Part shown: positions 1-8,239 of the stretch, piece after piece | Layout of the letters: each line of letters begins with the position of its first letter | Numbering within the stretch: the first letter of the stretch is position 1 | From: a virus | Virus record (IMG/VR): IMGVR_UViG_3300009008_000029 | Span: 1-64,000 of that record | Direction: 5' to 3' (one strand) | Length of the DNA stretch: 64,000 nt | Translations under genes and position numbers: made by a program | Notes under the pieces: model-generated | What the model was told of the DNA's origin: nothing | The model's database searches: none | What the model saw: only the letters and a program-made list of their open reading frames with translations

Positions 1-43
1 GATGTCCCGATTCTGTCCTGAAAGCGTCCACTAAGGAGGCACC

Positions 44-502
44 ATGCCGAGATATGACTATCAGTGCGAATGCGGTTTGATCTTTGAGGGTTACGCTTCT
101 ATGACCGACAGCATGTCCCAGAAGGAATGTCCTGATTGCGGCCAGATGGCGGGCAGAGCAGTCCCGGAGTCGGTTGAAGGGAACTTTGACCACGACGTGT
201 CCGGCCCGGTCCCCCAGAACACGGGTATTTCCCAAATCGATGCCATTGCGGATCGAGCCATCGGGAAATCAGCACGTAAGGGGTGGGAGGTCGCCGACAA
301 GCGGGTCCAAGACAAACGCAGGGTACTAGCCGGGTCGGAAGCCACCGGGCATGACCTTTCCCGGAATCCTGATGGGAGTTACAGGGTTATGACCCCGGAG
401 GAGAAGGGTGTCCATGAACGGTCTCAGGAAATCCACAGCAAGGCCATGACGGAGCTTCTGAAAAAGAGGAAAAAGGCAAAGGCTGCGCCCCCCTCCCCGT
501 AG
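44..502 (+). CDS. FmdB-family zinc-ribbon protein
   Basis: N-terminus MPRYDYQCECG...CPDCG matches the MPxYxYxC...CPxCG FmdB/Zn-ribbon pattern. RBS AAGGAGG directly upstream. Confidence 0.8.
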   Translation: MPRYDYQCECGLIFEGYASMTDSMSQKECPDCGQMAGRAVPESVEGNFDHDVSGPVPQNTGISQIDAIADRAIGKSARKGWEVADKRVQDKRRVLAGSEATGHDLSRNPDGSYRVMTPEEKGVHERSQEIHSKAMTELLKKRKKAKAAPPSP

Positions 503-509
503 TGTCCCC

Positions 510-540
510 CACTAGTTCTTCAATAGAGCCGATACAATAG
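510..540 (+). promoter_or_regulatory. putative phage late-promoter motif, copy 1 (CACT-N7-CAAT-N13-TAG)
   Basis: Same spacing as the copies at 10847, 43555 and 53679, though this is the most divergent copy. Lies upstream of the sheath leader. Confidence 0.4.
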
Positions 541-730
541 CGGATGGAGTCCGTTAAAAAGGACAATACCCGCTCGTGAGGAGTGCCCGGCTTTGTGCCG
601 TGGAAAGATGTAGATGGACGGCCTATGAATGCATCGATTGTGCTGGGTTTCCCCTGTTTCGGCAGGTGGTATGACAGACGGATGAACGGGACGGACATTG
701 ACAAGTTTGGGCTAGACTCCGCTAGAGCGG
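541..730 (+). ncRNA. putative structured RNA element A (sheath 5' leader)
   Basis: Non-coding on the + strand. Core 638-670 matches 11881-11914 at 26/34 positions. Apical hairpin CCUGU-UUCG-GCAGG. Long-range pairings 546-551/715-720 and 585-596/701-712. Confidence 0.55.
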
Positions 731-750
731 ATTGAAAACGAGGTGAGAAG

Positions 751-3700
751 ATGCCATTTCCGGGGAAGAATTACGCCCCTCCGGGGCCGTACACGCAAAC
801 GAAGTTCGAAAACCCGTTGGGTCAGGCACTGGAGAGCCTGAAGATTCCCGTCATTATCGGTGAGGGGAACGAATCGCTCTTCCAAGAGGATCTGGAGATT
901 GTCCGGGGTTCCTCCGCTGTGATCGATCAGCGGGTGGTGAACGAGGACCAGACAGGCCGGGCCGTATCCAGTGTCTCCGCAACCGGGGTTGTGACTCTTG
1001 GTTCGTGGAACGGTGCTCTCGACAAGTTTCAAGTAGTCAACCGTCCCATCGTATCTGGTGACGGTACGGGGACTACGACGACGAGCCGAGGCGATGTTCT
1101 GGTGACCGTCAACAACCAGCCGGTCGTAGTGTTGTCCGTTGACGGGACCACCGGGATCATTCAGATTGCGGATACCCCGGCGGCAACCGATGTAGTGCGT
1201 TGCACGTACTACTTCAACCGGACCGATACCCTCGTCACCGACGATGTATCCTCTCAGGTTCCGACCGAATCGGCGACCGTCCGGGCACAGTCCGGCATTG
1301 CCGATGTAGACGCCCCGAACGCTGGTGTTGTTGTCATCGATATGCACGGTGACATCCTCAGCGACGAGGGAGCCGTTATTGTACCAGCCAACAACGTCCT
1401 GTCCCTGACGGTTGACGGTGTTGCTCGTACCGTGACGATTCCCGCCAAGAGCGACTACACGATGGCCCAGATCGCTGCGGCAATTACGGCGGCCAGTGCT
1501 GGGAGCCTGACGGCCTCGACGTTTGCTGACAACTACGGGCACTCGGCCCTGATGCTTCTGGCTGACCACAGTGTTGCGGTCGGTGACGGGAGTGCCAACG
1601 GGGATCTGGGTCTGATCAGCGGTCAGGCTGACAACCGGGTTTCGACCTTCTACACCATGAACGGTCCCATCGTTGATGGTTCCGGCGGTGGTGTTGTGAC
1701 CACCGACCCCGCCCATGTGACGGTTCGGGTCAACGGTACACAGGTCATTCCCACATCGGTTGACGGTGCTACCCGAGCGGTGACGCTGGCGGAGGCTCCC
1801 GCAGCCAATGCCACCGTATCCATCCAGTACTACTGGAACACATGGCAGGACACTTTCGATTACCTCGCCCACGTTGGGGTTACTGCGGTATCCCGTTGCG
1901 GCGACGTTCCCGGAAGCTCCGCCTACACCGAAGAAGCTGATTTCATCCTCCAGAATGACCGTATCGTCTGGGGTACGGCTGCTTTGACAGAAGCTGGGCT
2001 GACAACGACGGGTGCAACCCTGTTCGATGACACCCAGATCACCAACACTCTGATCGACAACCGCAACTTCCTTGGTGCTTGCACCGCAGTTACGGACTCG
2101 ACCGGTGGTGTTGCTACCGATTCCCGCACGGAGTTCCAGCTTCCGTTTACCCCGACGCTGGGTAACGGGCGTGACACCCCGTTGGGGCAGAGCCTGTTCC
2201 AGACCATCAGCAACAGCCGCATTGACCTCCCGGTCAACCGCCCGGATGTTGTTTGGGCATACTGGGGCTACGATGAGCAGGATGCACTGGTACGGGGCCG
2301 TGTCACGGTGACCAAGGTAGAGGGTACCGTGATCACGTTGGCTTCCGCTGTGCCTCCGGGTGCCAACGTCTATGCGACCCAGTACTACAACACCCTGACG
2401 GACGAGACCTACACGCTGACCTGTGCAACGGCTGGTGTGTCCGGGGTTGGCCAGTACACGATGCAGGATTCTGGTGAGAACGACGTGTACGGGGCAACGA
2501 TGGTTGCCGGGAGCAAGGGCGCAGGGCTGACCGGGATCACGGTTGAGTTCCCGTCCGGGTCCGAGATGACCCCTGATTTCCGTCTGGAGAGCAACAGTGC
2601 CACGACGTTCGTAGGCCCAGTTGAAGAAGTTGTGACCGTTGAGTTTGCTGCACGGACGGCGACTCCGGCGAAGTGGGCTGTTCCGGGTTCTGGGAACTAC
2701 TCCTTCATTTCGGGTCAGTCTGACAAGCTCCGCATGACCGTCCATAGTGTGGATGTTGGTGGGGCTACGGGACTCAACCTGAGTAGCCCTTCGGCAGCCA
2801 CGACCCATACGGGAGGCTTCTTTGCCACCTTGGTCGGGGATGAGATCGTCTACTCCAAGGAGAGCGGTGACGCAGCCACGGCGGGTCAGGGGTTCACCAT
2901 TTCGACCTCCGAAGAGTTCGTCCTTCTGGTGGACGATGCCACGGTGACGGTCAAGACCAACGTGGTGGATGACGTTGATGCGGGCTACCTCGCCCGGTAC
3001 ATCAACGACGCAGCCAGCGGGCACAACTCCACAGCAGCGGCCAACGAAGCCGCAACCGATACCATCACTTTGGATGTTGACCTCGCCAGCAATCAGGACG
3101 ACTACTACAATGGTTGGAAGATTGTCATCGGGAACGGTGCGAGTGCGGTTACAGCCGGGCAGGTTACGACCATTACGGACTACGTAGGGTCCACAAATGT
3201 TGCTACCGTGAGTCCCGCTTGGGAAGGCGGGGACCAGAAGATCGATCTGGGTGACGCCTACTACATCTACAACCCGGACGCACGTTCATCCATGAAGGGT
3301 GCAACCCGGTTCAACGGTCCCACCGTGATCACGGCGAATGAGTTCGACCAGATGCGGGTCATCTACAAGGGTGACAATTCAACGGAGGCAATCCTTAGCC
3401 TTCAGTTGGATGAAGCCACTTACGCCTCCGCCACGACATTGGCCGCTGAGGTCAACACGCAGTTGGCGGCGGCAGTTGCTACGGCGATTGGTGCGGGCAA
3501 TGTCACCATCAAGGGTCTGATCATCGAGTGTGCTGCGGATAGTGATGGTCGGATGGAGTTCAAAATCCAGCTTCCCGGTGTGGATGGTTCGGGGTTCATT
3601 CAGTTCCTCTATCTCGATCCCGCTTCCGACGCCAAGGATTTCTGTGTCCTTGCGGGTCTCGACAAGGCAGCCTCGGCAGGTGCCGGTCAAGCGGCTCTGA

Positions 3701-6063
3701 TTCAGGGTCCGATTGCCCGTACTTACGAGTGCCCGGATACGGGGGCAACCAAGAACTTCGACCGGATCATCCTCCGTAACCGGCTCCTGCCGGGTGGTGG
3801 CGGTTCGGTGGCCCCTTGGGACATCGTAGACCAGTGCAAGTTGGAAGTTCAGACCGGGAACACCAAGTGTGCCCTCTCCACGGGGATGACCGGTACCGCC
3901 GGTTCCCGTGCCGTTGTCAACCCGGCAACCATGTTGGGTCGGATCGGCATCACCGGTGGTCAGGATTCTGAGGGTGACCCTGTTGTGACCCTCTACAACG
4001 GTGAGGGAACCCAGCCCGCCAACAACGTGTTTGATTTTGAGATGGACGGAACCCCCGTTACCGTGACCTTCACAGCGGCGGCGGATGGTACGGCCACTCC
4101 CATCGGACCGGAAGGGACCGCAGGGTCGCTTCTGTATCAGATCGTTGCGGCGATGGCAGCCGTTCCAGGTGCGCCTTTCGGGAATGCAACCGCAATCGGT
4201 GAAACCAACTTGCTGGCTCGCATCGAGGGTTGCGGGATTCGGTTGACCAGTGCAGTGTCTACGGCGGCTTCCAATATCACCATCGGCTCTGGTTCAGCGA
4301 ACACCATCCTCGGGTTTGGGTCCGGTTCCTCAGCGTCCCGGACGCTTGTGACGCCGAAGGCTCTGGCTTCGGCACTCAACGCCCATCGGAACAGCACGTT
4401 CGCCACATGGTTGAACGTGTTGGCCACCACGACCGGGAGCTTCTCCAGGTATGGCATCGCCAGCACGGTGCTTGATGCTGCGGGTGCAGAGTACTTGTAC
4501 CTTCAGGATGCACCGACACTGGTAGCCAATCTCGGTGCTGCATCCAACGTGTCCGTGCAGACCCCAACGGGCAGTGTGCAGGATGCCCTCCGATATGATG
4601 CTGGGCTGAATGCTACCGCTGGTGACGGTGCTGTAGGGGAACCTGCAATCGATGGGTTTACCGTGACCTCCGGGAACCCGGATGGTTCCGGCTCCGCCAA
4701 CACCTCCATTCTCAACGACGGCACAGGTCAGGACGGTGTTGTAGGCCAGACCTACCGGGATGACGTGACGGGCCTTACTTTCACGATCCTTCCGAGGGGT
4801 TGGAGCAGTGACCAGACCGGTCCTTGGGTTTCATACCCGACTGGTGACACTGCCCTCTTCCGTATCCGGGTCTCCAAGACCATGACCGCCAACAGCAACA
4901 TCCCTCAGAATGCCGTTCCGGGCGTTGAGATGAAGGTTGCCAACACGGTCGGCGTTGACGTAGGGGACACGGCTACCGTTCAGACGTTTGAACGGAGCGG
5001 GAATGAACCCGCAATCGGCGACCTGTACTACGCCTCCTACACCTACACCAAACAGGATTTCACCACGCAGTTCTTCACCAAGATGTCTGCGGTTGAGAAT
5101 GCGTTCGGTGCAGGTGTCCCGGACAACCCCGCATCGCTCGGTACGTATCTGGCGATGATCAACGGGGCGGTTCTCGTAGGGGTCAAGCAGGTGCAGCGTG
5201 CCTCTGGGTCGAGTCAGGCCAGTCTGGTGAGCTACCGCTCGGCGGTAGACGAGCTTGAGGGTGTCCTGCCCGGATTCGTCAACCCCGACATTATCGTCCC
5301 GATGCGGGGCGACTCGACGGACCTCTATACGTTGATCAAGCGGTCCTGCGAGAAGATGTCCAGTATCCGGTACAAGTCGGAACGGACGGCCATCGTAGGG
5401 ACGGCAGCCGGTACGCTGCCAGCGGACGTCAAGCTGATGGCTCAGACGTTGGGCAATGCACGTATGCGGATCGTGTACCCGGACATGGCAGTTCTGTCCA
5501 TTCAGGATGGTGTCACCGGGGAAGCCACCGAGTACGTTGTTGACGGGACGTTCGTTGCCGCAGCCCTCACTGGTTCGGTTGTGAGTCCGAACCTCGACGT
5601 TGCGACACCTTGGACAGGACGGAAGCTGGTAGGGTTCACACAGCTTGCCCGGATTCTGGACCCGGTCGAGATGAATCAGGTCGCTCAGACTGGTGTGACG
5701 GTCATGGAGACCAAGCCGCCGTTCCTGCGGGTACGTCACGGTTTGACCACCGACATGTCCAACATCATGCAGAAGACCCCGACGGTGATGATGATCGCCG
5801 ACGAGGTTCAGCGTCAGGCCCGCAACGTGATGGAGAGTTTCGTAGGGATCAAGTTCCTCGGAACTGTCTTGAGTCAGGTCGAAGGTCGGTTGGCGATGAT
5901 GTTCAAGCGGATGGTTGCGGCCCAGATCGTAGCCGCCTACACGGGCATCAAGGCCAACGTCAGTGCCGCCGACCCGACGGTTGCCGAGGTAGAGGCATGG
6001 TACAGCCCGGTCTGGCCGCTCCTCTATCTGGTGATCACCTTCCACATGCGGTCTAGCGTATAA
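751..6063 (+). CDS. contractile tail sheath protein (1770 aa, with many inserted beta domains)
   Basis: N-terminal Y.PPG.Y...IPVIIG.G segment and C-terminal sheath-type domain (RVRHGLTT...IADEVQRQAR...FVG.K...YSPVWPLLYLVITF). RBS GAGGTG. Lies upstream of the tube gene. Confidence 0.88.
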   Translation: MPFPGKNYAPPGPYTQTKFENPLGQALESLKIPVIIGEGNESLFQEDLEIVRGSSAVIDQRVVNEDQTGRAVSSVSATGVVTLGSWNGALDKFQVVNRPIVSGDGTGTTTTSRGDVLVTVNNQPVVVLSVDGTTGIIQIADTPAATDVVRCTYYFNRTDTLVTDDVSSQVPTESATVRAQSGIADVDAPNAGVVVIDMHGDILSDEGAVIVPANNVLSLTVDGVARTVTIPAKSDYTMAQIAAAITAASAGSLTASTFADNYGHSALMLLADHSVAVGDGSANGDLGLISGQADNRVSTFYTMNGPIVDGSGGGVVTTDPAHVTVRVNGTQVIPTSVDGATRAVTLAEAPAANATVSIQYYWNTWQDTFDYLAHVGVTAVSRCGDVPGSSAYTEEADFILQNDRIVWGTAALTEAGLTTTGATLFDDTQITNTLIDNRNFLGACTAVTDSTGGVATDSRTEFQLPFTPTLGNGRDTPLGQSLFQTISNSRIDLPVNRPDVVWAYWGYDEQDALVRGRVTVTKVEGTVITLASAVPPGANVYATQYYNTLTDETYTLTCATAGVSGVGQYTMQDSGENDVYGATMVAGSKGAGLTGITVEFPSGSEMTPDFRLESNSATTFVGPVEEVVTVEFAARTATPAKWAVPGSGNYSFISGQSDKLRMTVHSVDVGGATGLNLSSPSAATTHTGGFFATLVGDEIVYSKESGDAATAGQGFTISTSEEFVLLVDDATVTVKTNVVDDVDAGYLARYINDAASGHNSTAAANEAATDTITLDVDLASNQDDYYNGWKIVIGNGASAVTAGQVTTITDYVGSTNVATVSPAWEGGDQKIDLGDAYYIYNPDARSSMKGATRFNGPTVITANEFDQMRVIYKGDNSTEAILSLQLDEATYASATTLAAEVNTQLAAAVATAIGAGNVTIKGLIIECAADSDGRMEFKIQLPGVDGSGFIQFLYLDPASDAKDFCVLAGLDKAASAGAGQAALIQGPIARTYECPDTGATKNFDRIILRNRLLPGGGGSVAPWDIVDQCKLEVQTGNTKCALSTGMTGTAGSRAVVNPATMLGRIGITGGQDSEGDPVVTLYNGEGTQPANNVFDFEMDGTPVTVTFTAAADGTATPIGPEGTAGSLLYQIVAAMAAVPGAPFGNATAIGETNLLARIEGCGIRLTSAVSTAASNITIGSGSANTILGFGSGSSASRTLVTPKALASALNAHRNSTFATWLNVLATTTGSFSRYGIASTVLDAAGAEYLYLQDAPTLVANLGAASNVSVQTPTGSVQDALRYDAGLNATAGDGAVGEPAIDGFTVTSGNPDGSGSANTSILNDGTGQDGVVGQTYRDDVTGLTFTILPRGWSSDQTGPWVSYPTGDTALFRIRVSKTMTANSNIPQNAVPGVEMKVANTVGVDVGDTATVQTFERSGNEPAIGDLYYASYTYTKQDFTTQFFTKMSAVENAFGAGVPDNPASLGTYLAMINGAVLVGVKQVQRASGSSQASLVSYRSAVDELEGVLPGFVNPDIIVPMRGDSTDLYTLIKRSCEKMSSIRYKSERTAIVGTAAGTLPADVKLMAQTLGNARMRIVYPDMAVLSIQDGVTGEATEYVVDGTFVAAALTGSVVSPNLDVATPWTGRKLVGFTQLARILDPVEMNQVAQTGVTVMETKPPFLRVRHGLTTDMSNIMQKTPTVMMIADEVQRQARNVMESFVGIKFLGTVLSQVEGRLAMMFKRMVAAQIVAAYTGIKANVSAADPTVAEVEAWYSPVWPLLYLVITFHMRSSV

Positions 6064-6069
6064 CAAGGG

Positions 6070-6101
6070 GGGAGGGCATCTACGGATGCCCTCCCTATTT
6101 T
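6070..6101 (+). terminator. intrinsic terminator after the sheath gene
   Basis: Perfect 11-bp stem GGGAGGGCATC/GATGCCCTCCC with a c(UACG)g tetraloop, followed by TATTTT. Confidence 0.8.
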
Positions 6102-6326
6102 CCCGCCATGAATGGTGACACCCACACCGTCAAGTTACCCAAGCAAGTACTCAGGCTAGTTTGTCGTGCCCTCATCGGCGTTTTGTCCCTCTCTGGACCC
6201 CGTGCCCCCTTGTCGCAATTCACAACGCACAGCGGGTTCTGAGGGGCTCAGAGGGGGAGATGGTCGTAAACCTGTTGGATGACGATGGGCAGCATTATGG
6301 ACAGGTAACTTTCAGGACATGGACAC

Positions 6327-6752
6327 CTAAAGAATCTTGACCGATTCAGGAGTGGCCGATTCCTTTGCAGGGATAACGACCCTGACGATGCCATTGGCGA
6401 TGGTTGCGTTGGCCTTGGTGGGGTCGTAGATGTCGGGGAGGCGTGCTTCAGCAACGAAAGTATCCTCCTCCGGGATCAGTTTCCCGTCACCCCGGACAGG
6501 CACCTCAATCTGAAGTGACCCTGCGACGACCTCGATTTTCGACCCCTTCTTGATGGCCCCCGGAACGGTGGCCACATAGGTCATCTGTTCCTTTCCGTAA
6601 TCCACACGGTGAGACCCGAAACGAGTGGTGAACATGTCGCTCTGCGGTTCCGAAGGGTTGAGTGAAACACCATCAGATCCAAAGACCTGATGCATCAAAC
6701 CGTCGGGGCCGAAAACATCTCCGAAAAGGTGGTTGTGTCTTTTGCATGTCAT
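6327..6752 (-). CDS. small heat-shock (Hsp20/alpha-crystallin-like) protein
   Basis: VPG...KIEV...LQI...F..ARLP..YDP..A.A.IANGIVRVVIP pattern and C-terminal VKI (IxI-like) motif. RBS AAGGAGGA. Confidence 0.75.
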   Translation of the reverse strand: MTCKRHNHLFGDVFGPDGLMHQVFGSDGVSLNPSEPQSDMFTTRFGSHRVDYGKEQMTYVATVPGAIKKGSKIEVVAGSLQIEVPVRGDGKLIPEEDTFVAEARLPDIYDPTKANATIANGIVRVVIPAKESATPESVKIL

Positions 6753-6782
6753 GGCTAATCCTCCTTGCCGTCTACGTCCTTG

Positions 6783-6810
6783 AAAGTAGTAGAGAAAGGA
6801 GGGTTGTCAA
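6783..6810 (-). promoter_or_regulatory. sigma70-type promoter for the Hsp20-like gene
   Basis: Minus-strand TTGACA-N16-TACTTT about 30 nt upstream of the start codon. The -35 box overlaps the stop codon of the HD gene. Confidence 0.6.
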
Positions 6811-7412
6811 GCGTCCGTGCGATGGGCTCGGATGTCCGCTGCACGGGTCAGCATCCCATGAATGTTGCGTTGCAGACGCTCCTCAATCCAGACACCGAGG
6901 TCGTAGAACCCGCCGCTGATGCCTTTGCCCCGTGCCACCATGATCTGGATCAGGGGGCAGACGAGTTCGATGGTCTCGTAGGCGTACTTCTCCAACCATT
7001 CGGGGCTGGAGGCGATGTTGAAATCCATCGTGTTGTGAAGCCGGTCGAACAACTTGATGGCCAACACACGGGGATGAGCCAGAGACAACATGGTGAAGTA
7101 CACGTCGGGATTGGTCTCACCGATCTTCGATTTGGAGAGCATGGCAACGGTCCCGGCCACGTTCCGCCCATACCGTTTGACCAGATCATCCCAAGAGAAA
7201 CCCGGTGAGTCCTCTTTGATGTCATGGAGCAAGGCCGCACACTTGTCATCGTCCGAGAAGAAAAAGGGACTCTCTTCCATCAATTCCAAGATGCGGAGCG
7301 GGTGGGTGTAATAGGGAACGCCTGTGTTCTTGCGCTTCTGCCCTTCGTGAAGCTCCTTCATCCACGCAATGCAGTCCCTTACCTTAGCCGTTCGGATTTT
7401 GATAGATGGCAT
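6807..7412 (-). CDS. stand-alone RelA/SpoT-type HD hydrolase (small alarmone hydrolase/Mesh1-like)
   Basis: Motifs HEGQKRK..G.PY..HP, AALLHDIKED and IKLFDRLHN. Start placed at ATG 7412 behind a GAGGA RBS rather than at 7460. Confidence 0.85.
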   Translation of the reverse strand: MPSIKIRTAKVRDCIAWMKELHEGQKRKNTGVPYYTHPLRILELMEESPFFFSDDDKCAALLHDIKEDSPGFSWDDLVKRYGRNVAGTVAMLSKSKIGETNPDVYFTMLSLAHPRVLAIKLFDRLHNTMDFNIASSPEWLEKYAYETIELVCPLIQIMVARGKGISGGFYDLGVWIEERLQRNIHGMLTRAADIRAHRTDA

Positions 7413-7419
7413 TTCATCC

Positions 7420-7707
7420 TCACTTGAGCCTCCATACCGGTTGGCCCTGTATGAACCCATAAGAAACCTTCTTTCCTGTGTCTTCGAAAAGCCCGGAGGT
7501 CATCAGTGCCTCCTGATAGGCGGGACGGATATCGTGGTTGAGGATGAACTCACCCTCCTCCAACGGGATCTCTACGACATTGATGCTGATGGTCGCATAC
7601 GGACCCTCGTACTCGGATACGGAACGAACGGCGATATTGCCGGTGGCGTAGTTGAGAACGTCGATATAGTGGGTTTCATCCTGAAACGTCAGTTTTTTGA
7701 TGCTCAT
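7420..7707 (-). CDS. DUF4313-like small protein
   Basis: EGPYATISIN...GEFILN...GLFEDTG...YGF..P pattern resembles DUF4313. RBS GGAGGT. Confidence 0.6.
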   Translation of the reverse strand: MSIKKLTFQDETHYIDVLNYATGNIAVRSVSEYEGPYATISINVVEIPLEEGEFILNHDIRPAYQEALMTSGLFEDTGKKVSYGFIQGQPVWRLK

Positions 7708-7772
7708 TTGGCACCTCCATCTAACCTCTCTACTCCTACGCCCGCAGGGATGAACCCCCGCAACAAAATAAT

Positions 7773-7812
7773 TCGACAGAAAACTTGACAGTGAATTTGA
7801 CAGTGTTATCTT
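7773..7812 (+). promoter_or_regulatory. sigma70 promoter overlapped by three direct repeats (putative operator)
   Basis: TTGACA (7785)-N16-TATCTT (7807) with extended -10 TG. TCGACAG/TTGACAG/TTGACAG start at 7773, 7785 and 7797 (12-bp period). Confidence 0.7.
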
Positions 7813-7834
7813 AGGGGGCGTGAGGAGGTGAAAG

Positions 7835-8239
7835 ATGGAGAGTCAAAAATACTCATTGGCGGAGTTGGCGGAGGTTGCGGATATCACGGGCCGTAAGATT
7901 CGCTACTACATTGCGGAGGGGGTGCTTCCGGGTCCGGTATCGAGAGGACGTCAGGCTCGGTACACCGAGGAGCACCGGAATCTGTTAGGTGAGATTCAGA
8001 GGTTACAGAAAGAGGGGCGTTCGTTAGAGGAGATCCGTGACTGTCTCAAGGGGCCACGTCCTACGTCTGTTCCACGGTCGGTGACCCCAACGGCGGAGCA
8101 CCCCACCGTGTGGGAGGAGTATGGAGTAGCTGAAGGCATGCAGTTGCGGCTGCGGAGTGATGCACCTCTGGGCCGTAGACAACAGTTCAATCAGATTTTG
8201 GCGGCAGCCCGCCAGATAGTAGAAGGGAGGGAATCATGA
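7835..8239 (+). CDS. MerR-family HTH DNA-binding protein
   Basis: YSLAELAE...RKIRYYIAEGVLPGP..RG..ARY..EH...L..I..LQ.EG.SLEEIR. RBS GAGGAGGT. Confidence 0.9.
   Translation: MESQKYSLAELAEVADITGRKIRYYIAEGVLPGPVSRGRQARYTEEHRNLLGEIQRLQKEGRSLEEIRDCLKGPRPTSVPRSVTPTAEHPTVWEEYGVAEGMQLRLRSDAPLGRRQQFNQILAAARQIVEGRES

Noticed and set aside
387-704. 105-aa minus-strand ORF across the sheath leader, and similar ORFs across 11766-12038
   Set aside because: They overlap real genes and have no convincing RBS or motif. The similarity between the two regions fits RNA structure better than coding.
712-3024. 770-aa minus-strand ORF
   Set aside because: It lies antisense to the sheath gene, has an Arg/Gly/His-rich non-protein-like composition, and is explained by codon bias on the coding strand.
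4831-6066. 411-aa minus-strand ORF and the many other antisense or alternate-frame ORFs in the track
   Set aside because: They are shadows of long + strand genes, with no recognisable motifs.
6108-6242. 44-codon ORF after the sheath terminator
   Set aside because: No RBS and no motif, and it overlaps a predicted hairpin.
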